NCBI GenBank assembly: GCA_963782915.1 | Contig: CAWALK010000020.1 | Location: 288,001-352,000, forward strand | Source: an uncultured archaeon | GTDB lineage: Archaea; Thermoproteota; Bathyarchaeia; Bathyarchaeales; Bathycorpusculaceae | Direction: 5' to 3' | Length of the DNA: 64,000 nt | Shown here: positions 10,534 through 20,117 of the stretch, one piece after another | Numbering within the stretch: the stretch's first letter is position 1 | Layout of the letters: each line of letters begins with the position of its first letter | Notes under the pieces: generated by a model | Databases searched by the model: none | Told to the model about the DNA's origin: nothing | Seen by the model: only the letters and a program-made list of their open reading frames with translations | Position numbers and translations under genes: made by a program

Positions 10534-10823
10534 ATTATTCGCCTAAATGACTTCAGTAGGAAATGCTGTTTCTTGCGGATTTTTATGTGTTTGCGCTTCA
10601 TATCCAAAAAAGGGACGGGACAAAGACTAACGGAACTTTTCGCAGAAGCAATGAAATTAGCGGTTAGAAGCCAGTGGTACCCAACTTATCCTTTACCAAC
10701 TTGCAGAGTAGGCCGCTGCAAATGCACACCAAAAACAAACTTAACCCAACAAACCGGCAGCCACCCACGCCACCTCTATGCATACGCATTGCCCCACCAT
10801 CGCTGGACCCACAAACGTTTAGC

Positions 10824-10862
10824 TTATAAATAAGGGAGGGGGCCTCTCTGAGAGCAACAAAA
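10824..10862 (+). repeat. dispersed repeat core A, copy 1
   Basis: TTATAAATAAGGGAGGGGGCCTCTCTGAGAGCAACAAAA. Confidence 0.85.
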
Positions 10863-10868
10863 GCTCTT

Positions 10869-10905
10869 CTTATAGGGGATAGGGGCTAGCGGAAAAGCAC
10901 CAAAG
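10869..10905 (+). repeat. dispersed repeat core A, copy 2 (degenerate, tandem to copy 1)
   Basis: CTTATAGGGGATAGGGGCTAGCGGAAAAGCACCAAAG. Confidence 0.6.
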
Positions 10906-11007
10906 CCTATTGTAGGTTGCTTTTGATGCTGCTTGCGTTTTGCTCCACAACCAGCCTGCATCATAAACCAGACGCTAAACGCCAAAAGCAATTGGCCGCA
11001 CAACTGA

Positions 11008-11058
11008 TTGGTTGTTGTTGTGTATAGGGCGATTTTTGCCAACAACTACAATAGAAAA
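11008..11058 (+). repeat. dispersed hairpin repeat B, copy 1
   Basis: TGGTTGTTGTTGTGTATAGGGCGATTTTTGCCAACAACTACAATAGAAAA; matches reverse complement of 52197-52248. Confidence 0.75.
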
Positions 11059-11145
11059 TTCTGAAATAACCCTTAGCCACGCCTTGATGCATCGGCGTAA
11101 CTTCTTATAAACAAACCCGACATACTAGAAGTAAGGAATCAAGTT

Positions 11146-11841
11146 ATGTCCATCCAAAAAACGCCCGAACCAAACACCATCTTCTTCACATGGTTCAACC
11201 AGTACAGCGGCATCCTACTCAAAACCCCCAGCAAAACCATCGTAATCGACCCGGTCGACATCAAAGTCAAAAACCTCACAACCGTAGACGCCATCCTAAT
11301 CACACATGAACACTACGATCACCTTGACCTGCAATTAGTCGGAGCCATCCAAAAAGCCACAGGCTGCATAGTCATCGCTGACCCCGCTTCAACAAAAAAA
11401 CTCCTCAACACTCTTATCCCACTCGATAAACTACAGGAAATTAAGCTGGGCGAGGAAGTCAAAGTCGGCGCAGTCACCATAAAAGCACAACAAAGCAACC
11501 ACAACGCCCAATCCCCAAACACTTACATAATCACAAGCGAAGACAACCTCAAAGTGTACCATACAGCCGACAGCTTACCCTTTCCCGAATTGGGGTTGAT
11601 GGGGCAAGAGGAACAATTTGACATAGTCTTCTGCACGGTTGGCGGTGCACCGGGAGCAAGCCCACAGTCAGGCTTCGAAATCGCATGGTTAACTAAACCG
11701 GCGCTGGCAGTCCCATATCACACTGCAACCGTTGCAAGCCAAAAAGAATTCGCTGACCTCATCAAAAAAGACCTGCGCAAAACAGCATGCTTGATTCCGC
11801 AGCAAAACAAAATCTATCAAGTCTCAAAGAGGCAAACATAA
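11146..11841 (+). CDS. MBL-fold metallo-hydrolase
   Basis: IVIDP, ITHEHYDH, YHTADS. Confidence 0.85.
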   Translation: MSIQKTPEPNTIFFTWFNQYSGILLKTPSKTIVIDPVDIKVKNLTTVDAILITHEHYDHLDLQLVGAIQKATGCIVIADPASTKKLLNTLIPLDKLQEIKLGEEVKVGAVTIKAQQSNHNAQSPNTYIITSEDNLKVYHTADSLPFPELGLMGQEEQFDIVFCTVGGAPGASPQSGFEIAWLTKPALAVPYHTATVASQKEFADLIKKDLRKTACLIPQQNKIYQVSKRQT

Positions 11842-11842
11842 A

Positions 11843-12472
11843 ATGAAAACCGAGAAGGTTACCCTCGACAAGAAAGATAGAATGGCAAACATACTCTATA
11901 AAATCGACGCCATAAAATTCGGCGTCTACGAATTATCCTCCGGAAAAGCCAGCCCATACTACGTTGACTTACGTGTAATCCCCAGTTTCCCCGATGCTTT
12001 CCGCGAAATCTGCGACTTCTACGCCCAACAAATAACCGACGAAATCGGATTAAAAAACTTTGACCGCATCGCAGGCATACCCTTAGCAGGCATCCCATTT
12101 GCTTCACAAATCGCCTACAACCTCAAAAAACCCTTCCTCTACGTCCGCAAAGACATAAAACTCCATGGAAGAGAACGCCGAGTAGAAGGAATCCTTAGCT
12201 CAGGCGAAAAAGTATTGCTCCTCGACGACTTATTAACCACCGGTTTGACGCTTAAAGCAGCTGTTGACGCTGTTCGCGCTGAAGGTGGAGTTGTCGGTGA
12301 CGCAGTGGTGTTTTTGGATCGGGAAGAAGGCGGAAAACAGCTCCTAGAACAAAATGGCGTTAAAGTGCATCCGTTGCTAAAAATCAGTGAAGTAGCAAAT
12401 ACACTCTACGAAACAGGCGCAATAGACCAAGAAAGCAGAAAAACCATTCTAAAACAAGTAAAAAAGCAGTAA
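11843..12472 (+). CDS. pyrE: orotate phosphoribosyltransferase
   Basis: LSSGKASPYYVDLR, YVRK...HG, LLDDLLTTG. Confidence 0.95.
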   Translation: MKTEKVTLDKKDRMANILYKIDAIKFGVYELSSGKASPYYVDLRVIPSFPDAFREICDFYAQQITDEIGLKNFDRIAGIPLAGIPFASQIAYNLKKPFLYVRKDIKLHGRERRVEGILSSGEKVLLLDDLLTTGLTLKAAVDAVRAEGGVVGDAVVFLDREEGGKQLLEQNGVKVHPLLKISEVANTLYETGAIDQESRKTILKQVKKQ

Positions 12473-12476
12473 GCTT

Positions 12477-13037
12477 CTATTCGTAGTAGATTAGGTTGGT
12501 TTCTTCGAGTAGCGTATGCAATTTTTCCACTGCATCATAAACGTCCTGCTCATGTTTAGCGCCAGTGCATACAAGTTTGCCGCTGGCGAAAAGCAGAATC
12601 ACCACTTTAGGTTCTTCCATGCGATAGATTAAGCCCGGAAACTGCTCTGGCTCATACATTGCATGGCCCAGTGAATAAGCGGCTTTTTCAAGGTCAATCA
12701 TGCCCCCTAAGCCGCCGGAAGCAACAATATTTTGGATCTTTAATTCCGGTTTGCTGATGATTATTATGCCGCCTTTCTTGAGTTCCTTAACAACTTTGGT
12801 TACGGCGCGTTTGGCTTCTTTTTCGGATTTGGCGCCCGTGCAAACCATTTTACCGGAACTAAAAATCAAAGTCGCTGTTTTGGGGCGTTTGAGCCTGAAA
12901 ACTAATCCCGGAAACTGTTCAGGGCGATATTCAACGCCGGGGTAACCTTTGACGACTGAGTTTAAGTCGACTTTTTGGTTGAGCGTTGCGGAAGCGACGA
13001 CGTTCTCGATGCTTATTGTAGCTTTAACTTTTGGCAA
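12477..13037 (-). CDS. tbp: TATA-box binding protein
   Basis: Two repeats of NV/IVAS...Y.PEQFPGL..R...LIF.SGK.VCTGAK. Confidence 0.98.
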   Translation of the reverse strand: MPKVKATISIENVVASATLNQKVDLNSVVKGYPGVEYRPEQFPGLVFRLKRPKTATLIFSSGKMVCTGAKSEKEAKRAVTKVVKELKKGGIIIISKPELKIQNIVASGGLGGMIDLEKAAYSLGHAMYEPEQFPGLIYRMEEPKVVILLFASGKLVCTGAKHEQDVYDAVEKLHTLLEETNLIYYE

Positions 13038-13101
13038 CCAATTCCTCCTCTGCTATACCGCCTGAATATTCACTTATCGAAGCCTTCGTTTATAAATACA
13101 C

Positions 13102-13797
13102 CTATGTTTGTGGCTGGGTTTGCTGCTGTTGTCCAGTTCCGTTTTCTGGTTTCTTTATGGGTTTTTTGATGGCGGGGATAACGAATTCTACAAAGACCAA
13201 TAGCATTATCAAACCAATAATTACTGGCAGCGCCCAATCGTTTTCTTTCATGAATAACGTGATTCCGCCCAAGTAGGGAATGCGCATGACTACTTTGCCC
13301 AAAACAAGGTTCTCAGGCACTCCTTGGCCGCTATTCCAAAGCGTATGTGAATCGTATTCTGATTCGCTGACATTAGTTGGCCAATGCACTCCGTTGCCGT
13401 CGCCTTTGGTTTGGAAATACCATGTACCATTAGCATCTTGGTACTTCGCTACTACTCGGTGTACGATGGGTGTGGCGTCTAAGTTGTTTTGTAAGCTGGG
13501 GTTTTGATACACGATTATGTCGCTGTTGGGGTAGTTAGCGTTCAAATCCTCAGCGTTTACTCCTTGAATGATGATTATGTCGCCGACATGTAGGGTCTGC
13601 TCAAATGGGTGGCTCCAGCCGTCACATCCAGATATTTCGGTGCACATGCTGCCGCTTTGAACAACTCGAATCGGAACCTCAGTGCCCAAAATCAGCCCCA
13701 AACCAAAAAAGAAACCCAATGCAATGCAAACAACCAAGGCAATAGCAATTGCGGTCTTTACATAATCGTTACTGAAGATTTTCTTGTAATCGGTCAC
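13102..13797 (-). CDS. signal peptidase I (S26, Sec11-type)
   Basis: N-terminal TM, VV.SGSM, GDIII, IVHRV, TKGD.N, GKVV.RIPY.G. Confidence 0.88.
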   Translation of the reverse strand: MTDYKKIFSNDYVKTAIAIALVVCIALGFFFGLGLILGTEVPIRVVQSGSMCTEISGCDGWSHPFEQTLHVGDIIIIQGVNAEDLNANYPNSDIIVYQNPSLQNNLDATPIVHRVVAKYQDANGTWYFQTKGDGNGVHWPTNVSESEYDSHTLWNSGQGVPENLVLGKVVMRIPYLGGITLFMKENDWALPVIIGLIMLLVFVEFVIPAIKKPIKKPENGTGQQQQTQPQT

Positions 13798-13908
13798 TGT
13801 AAGCCTTCACCGAGTTGGATAGGTTTCATAGCTGTTAGTGGGCAATAAAACTACCGCTTTTAAAAAGAAAAATAGAGAGTGCTCTATTTGAGGCACTGAA
13901 TTATAGGT

Positions 13909-14079
13909 TTAGATTTTCTGTTTGCTTAATACTTCGCGGAATACGTTGCCGCATTTGGGGCATTCGTAGAGGCCGATTTCTAGTTGCATACGTTTGCCAG
14001 CTTTATCTGGGCGACCTGCCATTTTCCATGTCTTTTTTGGTTTTGCAACTTCAGTTCCGCATTTTGGACATTTTCCCAT
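13909..14079 (-). CDS. Cren7-like chromatin protein with two CxxC motifs (56 aa, not in ORF track)
   Basis: MGKCPKCGTEVAKPKKTWKMAGRPDKAGKRMQLEIGLYECPKCGNVFREVLSKQKI; GGAGG RBS; P.K.W...IGL(Y/F).....G..FR pattern resembles Cren7. Confidence 0.8.
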   Translation of the reverse strand: MGKCPKCGTEVAKPKKTWKMAGRPDKAGKRMQLEIGLYECPKCGNVFREVLSKQKI

Positions 14080-14399
14080 TAAGTTTCCTCCGTATTATCG
14101 CTTTGATGCTTTTCGGCTGATTGGATAAAAAAGTTTCCATAGTGTTCCCATAGATATTCGCTGCTGGAACATGCGGATTAAACATGTTTATGTCAATGTC
14201 ATGGAAAGTCGGGTAGGGAAATGTCGAAAGCATCCGTTTACCCCATGATGATTCGCCAAGAACAACACCAATAAAGCAGCGTACTCCATGGAGCAGTCAA
14301 AATTGCATTCTATGCCTTATTATCTGAGAGTTTGCTCCGCAACATTTTTTATAGCACAAAAATAGCTTATGTTCTAATCAATTCGAAGGTCACTTTGTA

Positions 14400-17283
14400 T
14401 TGCAGGCAACTTCTGAGAACGCTTTTGAAATGCTTGTAAAGCCCGTGAGAAAGTTAGTGGAACAGAGAGGATTCTCTAAACCAACCGAGCCCCAAGAAAA
14501 AGTTATCCCAAAAATCCTCGACGGCAAAAACGTACTCTTAATTTCACCCACAGCAACAGGCAAAACCGAAGCAGCATTCCTACCCGTTCTCAGCATGCTT
14601 CTCCAACTGCCCAAAACTCCAGGCATAAAAGTCCTCTACATCACACCCCTAAGAGCCCTCAACCGCGACATGCTTGAGCGGCTGCAATGGTGGTGCAACA
14701 ACCTCGACATCAAACTAGCCGTAAGACATGGCGACACTGAACAAAAGGAACGCACACGCCAAAGCCAATGCCCCCCAGACATACTAATCACCACACCAGA
14801 AACCCTCCAAGCGATACTCTCAGGATGGCTACTACGTCAGCACTTGCAGAGCCTGAAATGGGTAGTCATCGATGAAGTGCATGAATTAGCCGATAGCAAA
14901 CGCGGAAGCCAACTGACACTGGCACTTGGAGCGTGTCCGAGGCTTAATCGGCAGGGAATTCCAAATGATTGGGTTATCCGCCACCGTGGGCAGCCCAGAC
15001 AGAGTAGCTAAATTCCTTGTTGGCAGCCAGCGCCCAGTTGAGATCGTTCGGGTTTCAGTGGCGAAAATGGTCAAGTTGCAAGTGATTTATCCCAAACCTA
15101 CCGCGGAAGACGTGCGTTTTTCATCTAAAATTTACACCCACCCCGAAGTGGCAGCTCGGCTGCGCATAATCCGTGACTATATGACTAAGTGCAAGTCGGT
15201 GCTTCTCTTTACCAACACACGTTCGGTTTCAGAAGTTTTGGCTTCCCGCTTCAAAGTCTGGGATGCCGATTTTCCGATTTCCATTCATCATGGCTCACTG
15301 GCTAAGCCCTCGCGCATAGCCGCCGAAAACGGGCTAAAGCGTGGCGACCTAAAAGGCTTAATCGCAACAAGCAGCCTCGAATTAGGCATAGACGTGGGGC
15401 ACATCGACTTTGTTATCCAATACATGAGTCCACGGCAGGTTTCACGGCTTATTCAGCGTGTGGGCAGAGCTGGGCATACTTATGGGAACTTGTCTGAAGG
15501 CTTAGTTATCGGCATGGACTCCGACGATACGCTTGAAGCGTTGGTTATTGCAAGACGGGCATTAAATGAAGAACTCGAACCAATCACTATACCCGACAAA
15601 CCCTATGATGTTTTAACCCATCAAATCGCGGGGTTACTGCTCAAGAATCGGCGCTTAACTTTCCAGGAAATCTTGGAGATATGCCAAAAAGCAGCACCAT
15701 TCGAAAACCTCACAATCGCCGACATCGAAAAAGTAATCAAGTACATGCATGGACGCTTCCCCCGCCTCGCTTGGGCATCGCTTGAAGATCAAGTTGTCCT
15801 AAAACCCCAACGCACAAAGGCGTTATTCGAATACTACTTCGACAACTTATCCATGATTCCCGTAGAAAAACAGTTCCTAGTAATCGATGAAACAGCAGAT
15901 TCATCCATCGGCGTCCTAGACGAGGCTTTTATGGCGGAATACGGCAAACCCGGAACCAAATTCATCATCCGCGGCAGTCCATGGCAAATCATCCACGCCA
16001 CCGAAGACAAAGTTTACGTTCGCCCAGTCGATGACCCAACAGGTTCCATCCCAAGTTGGATTGGTGAAGAAATCCCAGTGCCATACGAGATTGCGCAGGA
16101 ACTTGCGGAAATACGAGGCTTCGTCGAGGAAGAAACGCATCGGGGCTGTACTCCCGAGGGCATTAGTGCGTCGCTTTCACAGCGGTATCCTGCTGATGCG
16201 GAGAATATTTTGCATGCACTCGCTGAAACTTTGGAGCAAGTGCATAGCGGCTTCCCGGTTCCAACACCCCAACGGATTGTAGTTGAGGATTGGACCGAAT
16301 TTATAATTATACACAGTAACTTTGGCTCGAATACTAATCGGGCTTTAGCGCAGTTGCTTGGTCAAGTATTATCCGATAAACTTGGCCGCGGCATCATCGT
16401 TCAACATGACCCATACCGTATCTTTGTTCAAACTATGGGTGCCATGAGCGCCGAACGCCTCGTTGGAATACTCAAAGAAATCAAAGACTATCCTGAACAA
16501 ACCATACGCAACACATTAACGCTCTCTACAGTGAAAACAGGCTTATTCAAACGTCGAGTTATCCAAGTTGCACGCCGCTTCGGAGCGCTCAAAAAATGGG
16601 CAGACTTCAGCAACGTAAGCCTACAGAAACTCGTCAGCAGCTTCGAAGGAACCCCCATCTACGAGGAAGGCCTCAAAGAAGTATTCTCCAAAGACTTGGA
16701 TGCCGACGGCTTGGTTATGGTGCTTGGGCGTCTGCGCGACGGAGATGTGCGGTTACAGGTGGTTGATACTGGCGGTAATGTGACTCCTGTGGCACGTGTG
16801 GGTCTTGAACGTGTGAGTATGAAGACTGATTTGATTCCGCCTGAACAGATGCGCGCTGTTTTAGTTGAATCTGCCAAGGCACGTTTGCTTAATGAAACGG
16901 GCAATTTCGTGTGTACAAGCTGCTGGGATTACATGGAGATGATCCGAATCAAGGACTTACCCGATAAACCCAAGTGTCCTCGCTGTGGCTCATACGCGAT
17001 TGGTCTTCTAAAAGTTGAAGAGGAGAAAGCGGCTGGGTTACTTGAGAAGAAAGGTGAGCACCTCGCTAAGGGCGAGGAGAAGATGCAGTCAAACGCTAAG
17101 AAAACCGCCGAATTAATCGAAAAATACGGAAAAGCGGCGGCGGTGGGGTTGAGTGCACGACACGTTTCAGTCGCTGACATTAATGAGGTATTAGATAAGG
17201 AGCCTAAACTCTCGGATAAATTCTACGAGTTAGTGCTTGAAGCAGAACGTAAAGTCCTCAACAGGCGTTTCAATGCTAAGTAA
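14400..17283 (+). CDS. lhr: Lhr-family ATP-dependent SF2 helicase (frameshift near 14926)
   Basis: PTATGKT, DEVH, GLSAT, HHGSL, TSSLELGID, QRVGRAGH; C-terminal Zn ribbon. Confidence 0.92.
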
Positions 17284-18181
17284 CGGTTTTTTTGAGTTTT
17301 GGAAAGCTGGACCGCTTTTTTATGGCGATAAATGTTGCTGCTTCAACTATGGTTAAGGTGGCAACCGCAACCAATGGCAACCAATCATACGCATACAATG
17401 CCGTGATGATGTCGCCTTTGACTCTTTTTTCTAGGAATGTTAAACCTATATTTTGGTAGAAGAAAAACGGCAAGTTGAATAACGCAATAAAACCGATGCT
17501 GGCTACGATGAATTTGCGCAGAGACGCTCTGTTGTACCATAGTAAAATTGGAATAGCTAACAATGTAACTCGGGGGTCAAAACAAGACACCATGACCATA
17601 AACGCTGACAGCAACGGCTTTTTGGCGAACCCAAAGTACAATGCAGCTCCTATGATTGCGGTTTGGATAACATGGGCGTTGCCTAAGGCGTAACCCCAAT
17701 AGTAACTTGGAAAAGTGTATTCTGCACCAATACCGAACAAGTTGGGAAGCGGGAGTACCAAAATTATTACCGTCGCTATGGCGCCTAAAATTAGGTCTTT
17801 GTCTTTGAGGATTTTATAGAGGAAGAATGTTAATGCGAAGATTGAGAGTAACTGTACAAAATCAAACACTGCAAGTGCAGTCTGGTAGTCAAGTGCTAGT
17901 AAGGGTGCGAAGAAGACGAGGAATGAGGGTGTGTACATGAAGGTTTGGGGTTTTGGCAAAATCGCTATATCGCCTGGGAGATAGTCGCCTGACCAGTAGA
18001 TTGTTGTAGGGTTATGGAATAATCGCCATTCGCCAATGTAGTAAGCTGAGAAGTCAGCAGCGAACGTTTGGTCGAGTGGTTTAACGGTTCGGGGGTAAGC
18101 GGTAATGAAGATGCCGATGTTAATCGCTAACGCAATGAGTAATATGGTGGCGAATAGTTTTTTCTTGTTTATCTTTAGCAA
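17276..18181 (-). CDS. GT-C (GT87-like) membrane glycosyltransferase
   Basis: DFSAYY after first TM, F.YTP, GN motif, multiple TM helices. Confidence 0.65.
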   Translation of the reverse strand: MLKINKKKLFATILLIALAINIGIFITAYPRTVKPLDQTFAADFSAYYIGEWRLFHNPTTIYWSGDYLPGDIAILPKPQTFMYTPSFLVFFAPLLALDYQTALAVFDFVQLLSIFALTFFLYKILKDKDLILGAIATVIILVLPLPNLFGIGAEYTFPSYYWGYALGNAHVIQTAIIGAALYFGFAKKPLLSAFMVMVSCFDPRVTLLAIPILLWYNRASLRKFIVASIGFIALFNLPFFFYQNIGLTFLEKRVKGDIITALYAYDWLPLVAVATLTIVEAATFIAIKKRSSFPKLKKTVT

Positions 18182-18309
18182 TTGTTTTCTGTAGAATATC
18201 AGCGTTTATGCCTTTTAGGCTTTTGTAATCTGGGAAATACAGCAACTTTTTAAGTGTAGAACCGTTTATTTCTGGTTGTTTGCTTGTTATGCTTTAGGAG
18301 ACTGCAGTT

Positions 18310-18636
18310 GTGGAAATTAGCAGAAAAAACCTACGCAATGAAGTTTTAGAACGCATAAAATTCGTTAAAACCTGCGTTATGGCGCGAGAGCTCTGTTTGC
18401 TGGTGCGTACAAACCGTGCGGTTCTGGAACCTAAGGATGTGCAGGAAATATGCCAATACATCTCGAGTCTCTGCAAAGAAGAAGGTTGCAGTGAACCCAG
18501 CGAATTATGTGCCAAAGCAGCAGCTGCAATCGGCTCGAGTGATGAAGAAAAATATCTTGAGCTCTGTGCGCAAAGCTGCGTTAAATGCGGCGAAGCAAAA
18601 AGGCCAAGACCTAAAAATGACGCTTATGTCTCGTAA
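18310..18636 (+). CDS. Cys-rich hypothetical protein
   Basis: 108 aa ORF with 9 Cys and AGGAG RBS; co-oriented with the downstream methyltransferase. Confidence 0.75.
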   Translation: MEISRKNLRNEVLERIKFVKTCVMARELCLLVRTNRAVLEPKDVQEICQYISSLCKEEGCSEPSELCAKAAAAIGSSDEEKYLELCAQSCVKCGEAKRPRPKNDAYVS

Positions 18637-18669
18637 CATGCAAACGTCGGGTTAGATGGAGGATTTAGA

Positions 18670-19146
18670 GTGTTTATTGCTCCGTTTGTTCCAAGTCCCA
18701 GTACCGTTGTAGAGTACATGCTAAAGTTGGCTGGTTTGAGGTCCGGCGAAGTGCTTTTCGATATGGGTTCGGGTGATGGGCGAACGGTGATTATGGCGGC
18801 TAAAACTTTTGGCGCACGCGGCGTTGGGATTGAGTTGCGCGAGGATTTAGCAAAGAAGGCGCTGTGTTCTATTCATGAGTGCGGCTTGGAAGATCGGGTT
18901 ACAATCGTTAATGATGACATGTTCAACGTTAACCTAACGGAAGCTGACGTGGTTTATCTTTATTTGACGACTAGCGCTAACGAAAAGATTAAACCGAAAC
19001 TGGAACGTGACCTCAAAAAGGGTGCCCGAGTGGTTTCGCATGATTATGAAGTAGTAGGTTGGCATCCCGAGAAGATCGAGAATTTCTGCGAGAACCCACA
19101 GTTAGGGTATCCTTCACATACGATTTACCTTTATAGGAAAACCTGA
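18670..19146 (+). CDS. protein-lysine N-methyltransferase (aKMT/Dot1-like class I MTase)
   Basis: PFVPSP..VV..ML.LA, DMGSGDGR, YL....NE.IKPKLE..LK.GARVVSHD, H.IYLY; matches recalled Sulfolobus aKMT pattern. Confidence 0.8.
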   Translation: MFIAPFVPSPSTVVEYMLKLAGLRSGEVLFDMGSGDGRTVIMAAKTFGARGVGIELREDLAKKALCSIHECGLEDRVTIVNDDMFNVNLTEADVVYLYLTTSANEKIKPKLERDLKKGARVVSHDYEVVGWHPEKIENFCENPQLGYPSHTIYLYRKT

Positions 19147-19160
19147 TTTTCCGCTTGAGA

Positions 19161-19216
19161 CCTTTTGTGCTTTCAGGGGCCCTATCCCCCTTATTTATAG
19201 GCTCAACAACTGCTGG
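19161..19216 (-). repeat. dispersed repeat core A, copy 3
   Basis: Reverse complement CCAGCAGTTGTTGAGCCTATAAATAAGGGGGATAGGGCCCCTGAAAGCACAAAAGG. Confidence 0.88.
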
Positions 19217-19343
19217 CTGAATCTTGGCGTATCCATGCGTTCATTGGGTAGCAGTGATCCAGCAGCTGCATTATGCAAAGGACAGCGTTTATTTTCCATG
19301 CAGTTGTTTTGTGACTTTTCCTTAGTTTCAGCCGTGTGTGCGT

Positions 19344-19383
19344 CTGTTGCTCTGCCGAGACCCCCCTCCCCTTATATATAAGT
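19344..19383 (-). repeat. dispersed repeat core A, copy 4
   Basis: Reverse complement CTTATATATAAGGGGAGGGGGGTCTCGGCAGAGCAACAG. Confidence 0.85.
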
Positions 19384-19436
19384 AAAAGGAATTTGTTAAG
19401 CAAAAAATTTAACCCACACTTATCCATCTTTGAAGC

Positions 19437-19937
19437 TTGATTCCGATGCAGTTTATTCCATGGCAAAACGTTTCAGATTGGCACTGCAAAGCCTGCGGTT
19501 ACTGCTGCAAACTCTACAGCGTAGTCCTCGGTTTCCCAGAGTGGCTAAAATTAACCCGAACGTTTGGCCAAGAAGCCGCCGTATCCGACTTAAGCCGCTT
19601 CTACATCAAACGCCACAGCGACGGCACCTGCGCATTCCTCGGCTGTAACTCTTTGAAGTATTATTGCGGTTTGCAGGGGATGAAGCCTGAAGCATGCAAA
19701 ATATGGCCCTTCAAAGTGACCGCGGCGCCTAAGTATGGTGAAGAAAAGTTGGCGGCATTCGACTATAATGGCCACCGCATCTATGTCTACGTGGATAACA
19801 TGTGCAATGGGGTGCGGTATGGCATGCCGACGTGGGAATTCCAGAATAAGACTGTTGGGGAGTTTGTGGAGTTGGCGCTTGGGACACGGGAGTTTCAGCA
19901 TCACGCGACTGGGCATGTGGGTTTTGAGTGGCGCTGA
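19437..19937 (+). CDS. YkgJ/CxxCxxCC cysteine-cluster protein
   Basis: CKACGYCC...C.FL...C.L...KP.AC..WPF. Confidence 0.85.
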   Translation: MIPMQFIPWQNVSDWHCKACGYCCKLYSVVLGFPEWLKLTRTFGQEAAVSDLSRFYIKRHSDGTCAFLGCNSLKYYCGLQGMKPEACKIWPFKVTAAPKYGEEKLAAFDYNGHRIYVYVDNMCNGVRYGMPTWEFQNKTVGEFVELALGTREFQHHATGHVGFEWR

Positions 19938-20117
19938 AGGCTTTAGTTTCATTCTTGGTTGTTTTTTGTAATGTCTCATTTTTATTAATTTTTTGTTGAT
20001 TTTATTTGCACAAAACAGGATGAATGTCAAACCTGTTAACTATTTCTGATTCATATCTACAATTAACAACGAATAAAAGCAAAATTTGCACACCTACACT
20101 CAAAAGAAGTGTAGACT

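Noticed and set aside
14245-14327. C/D box sRNA (ATGATGA ... CTGA)
   Set aside because: Span is longer than typical archaeal guides and there are no convincing internal D'/C' boxes
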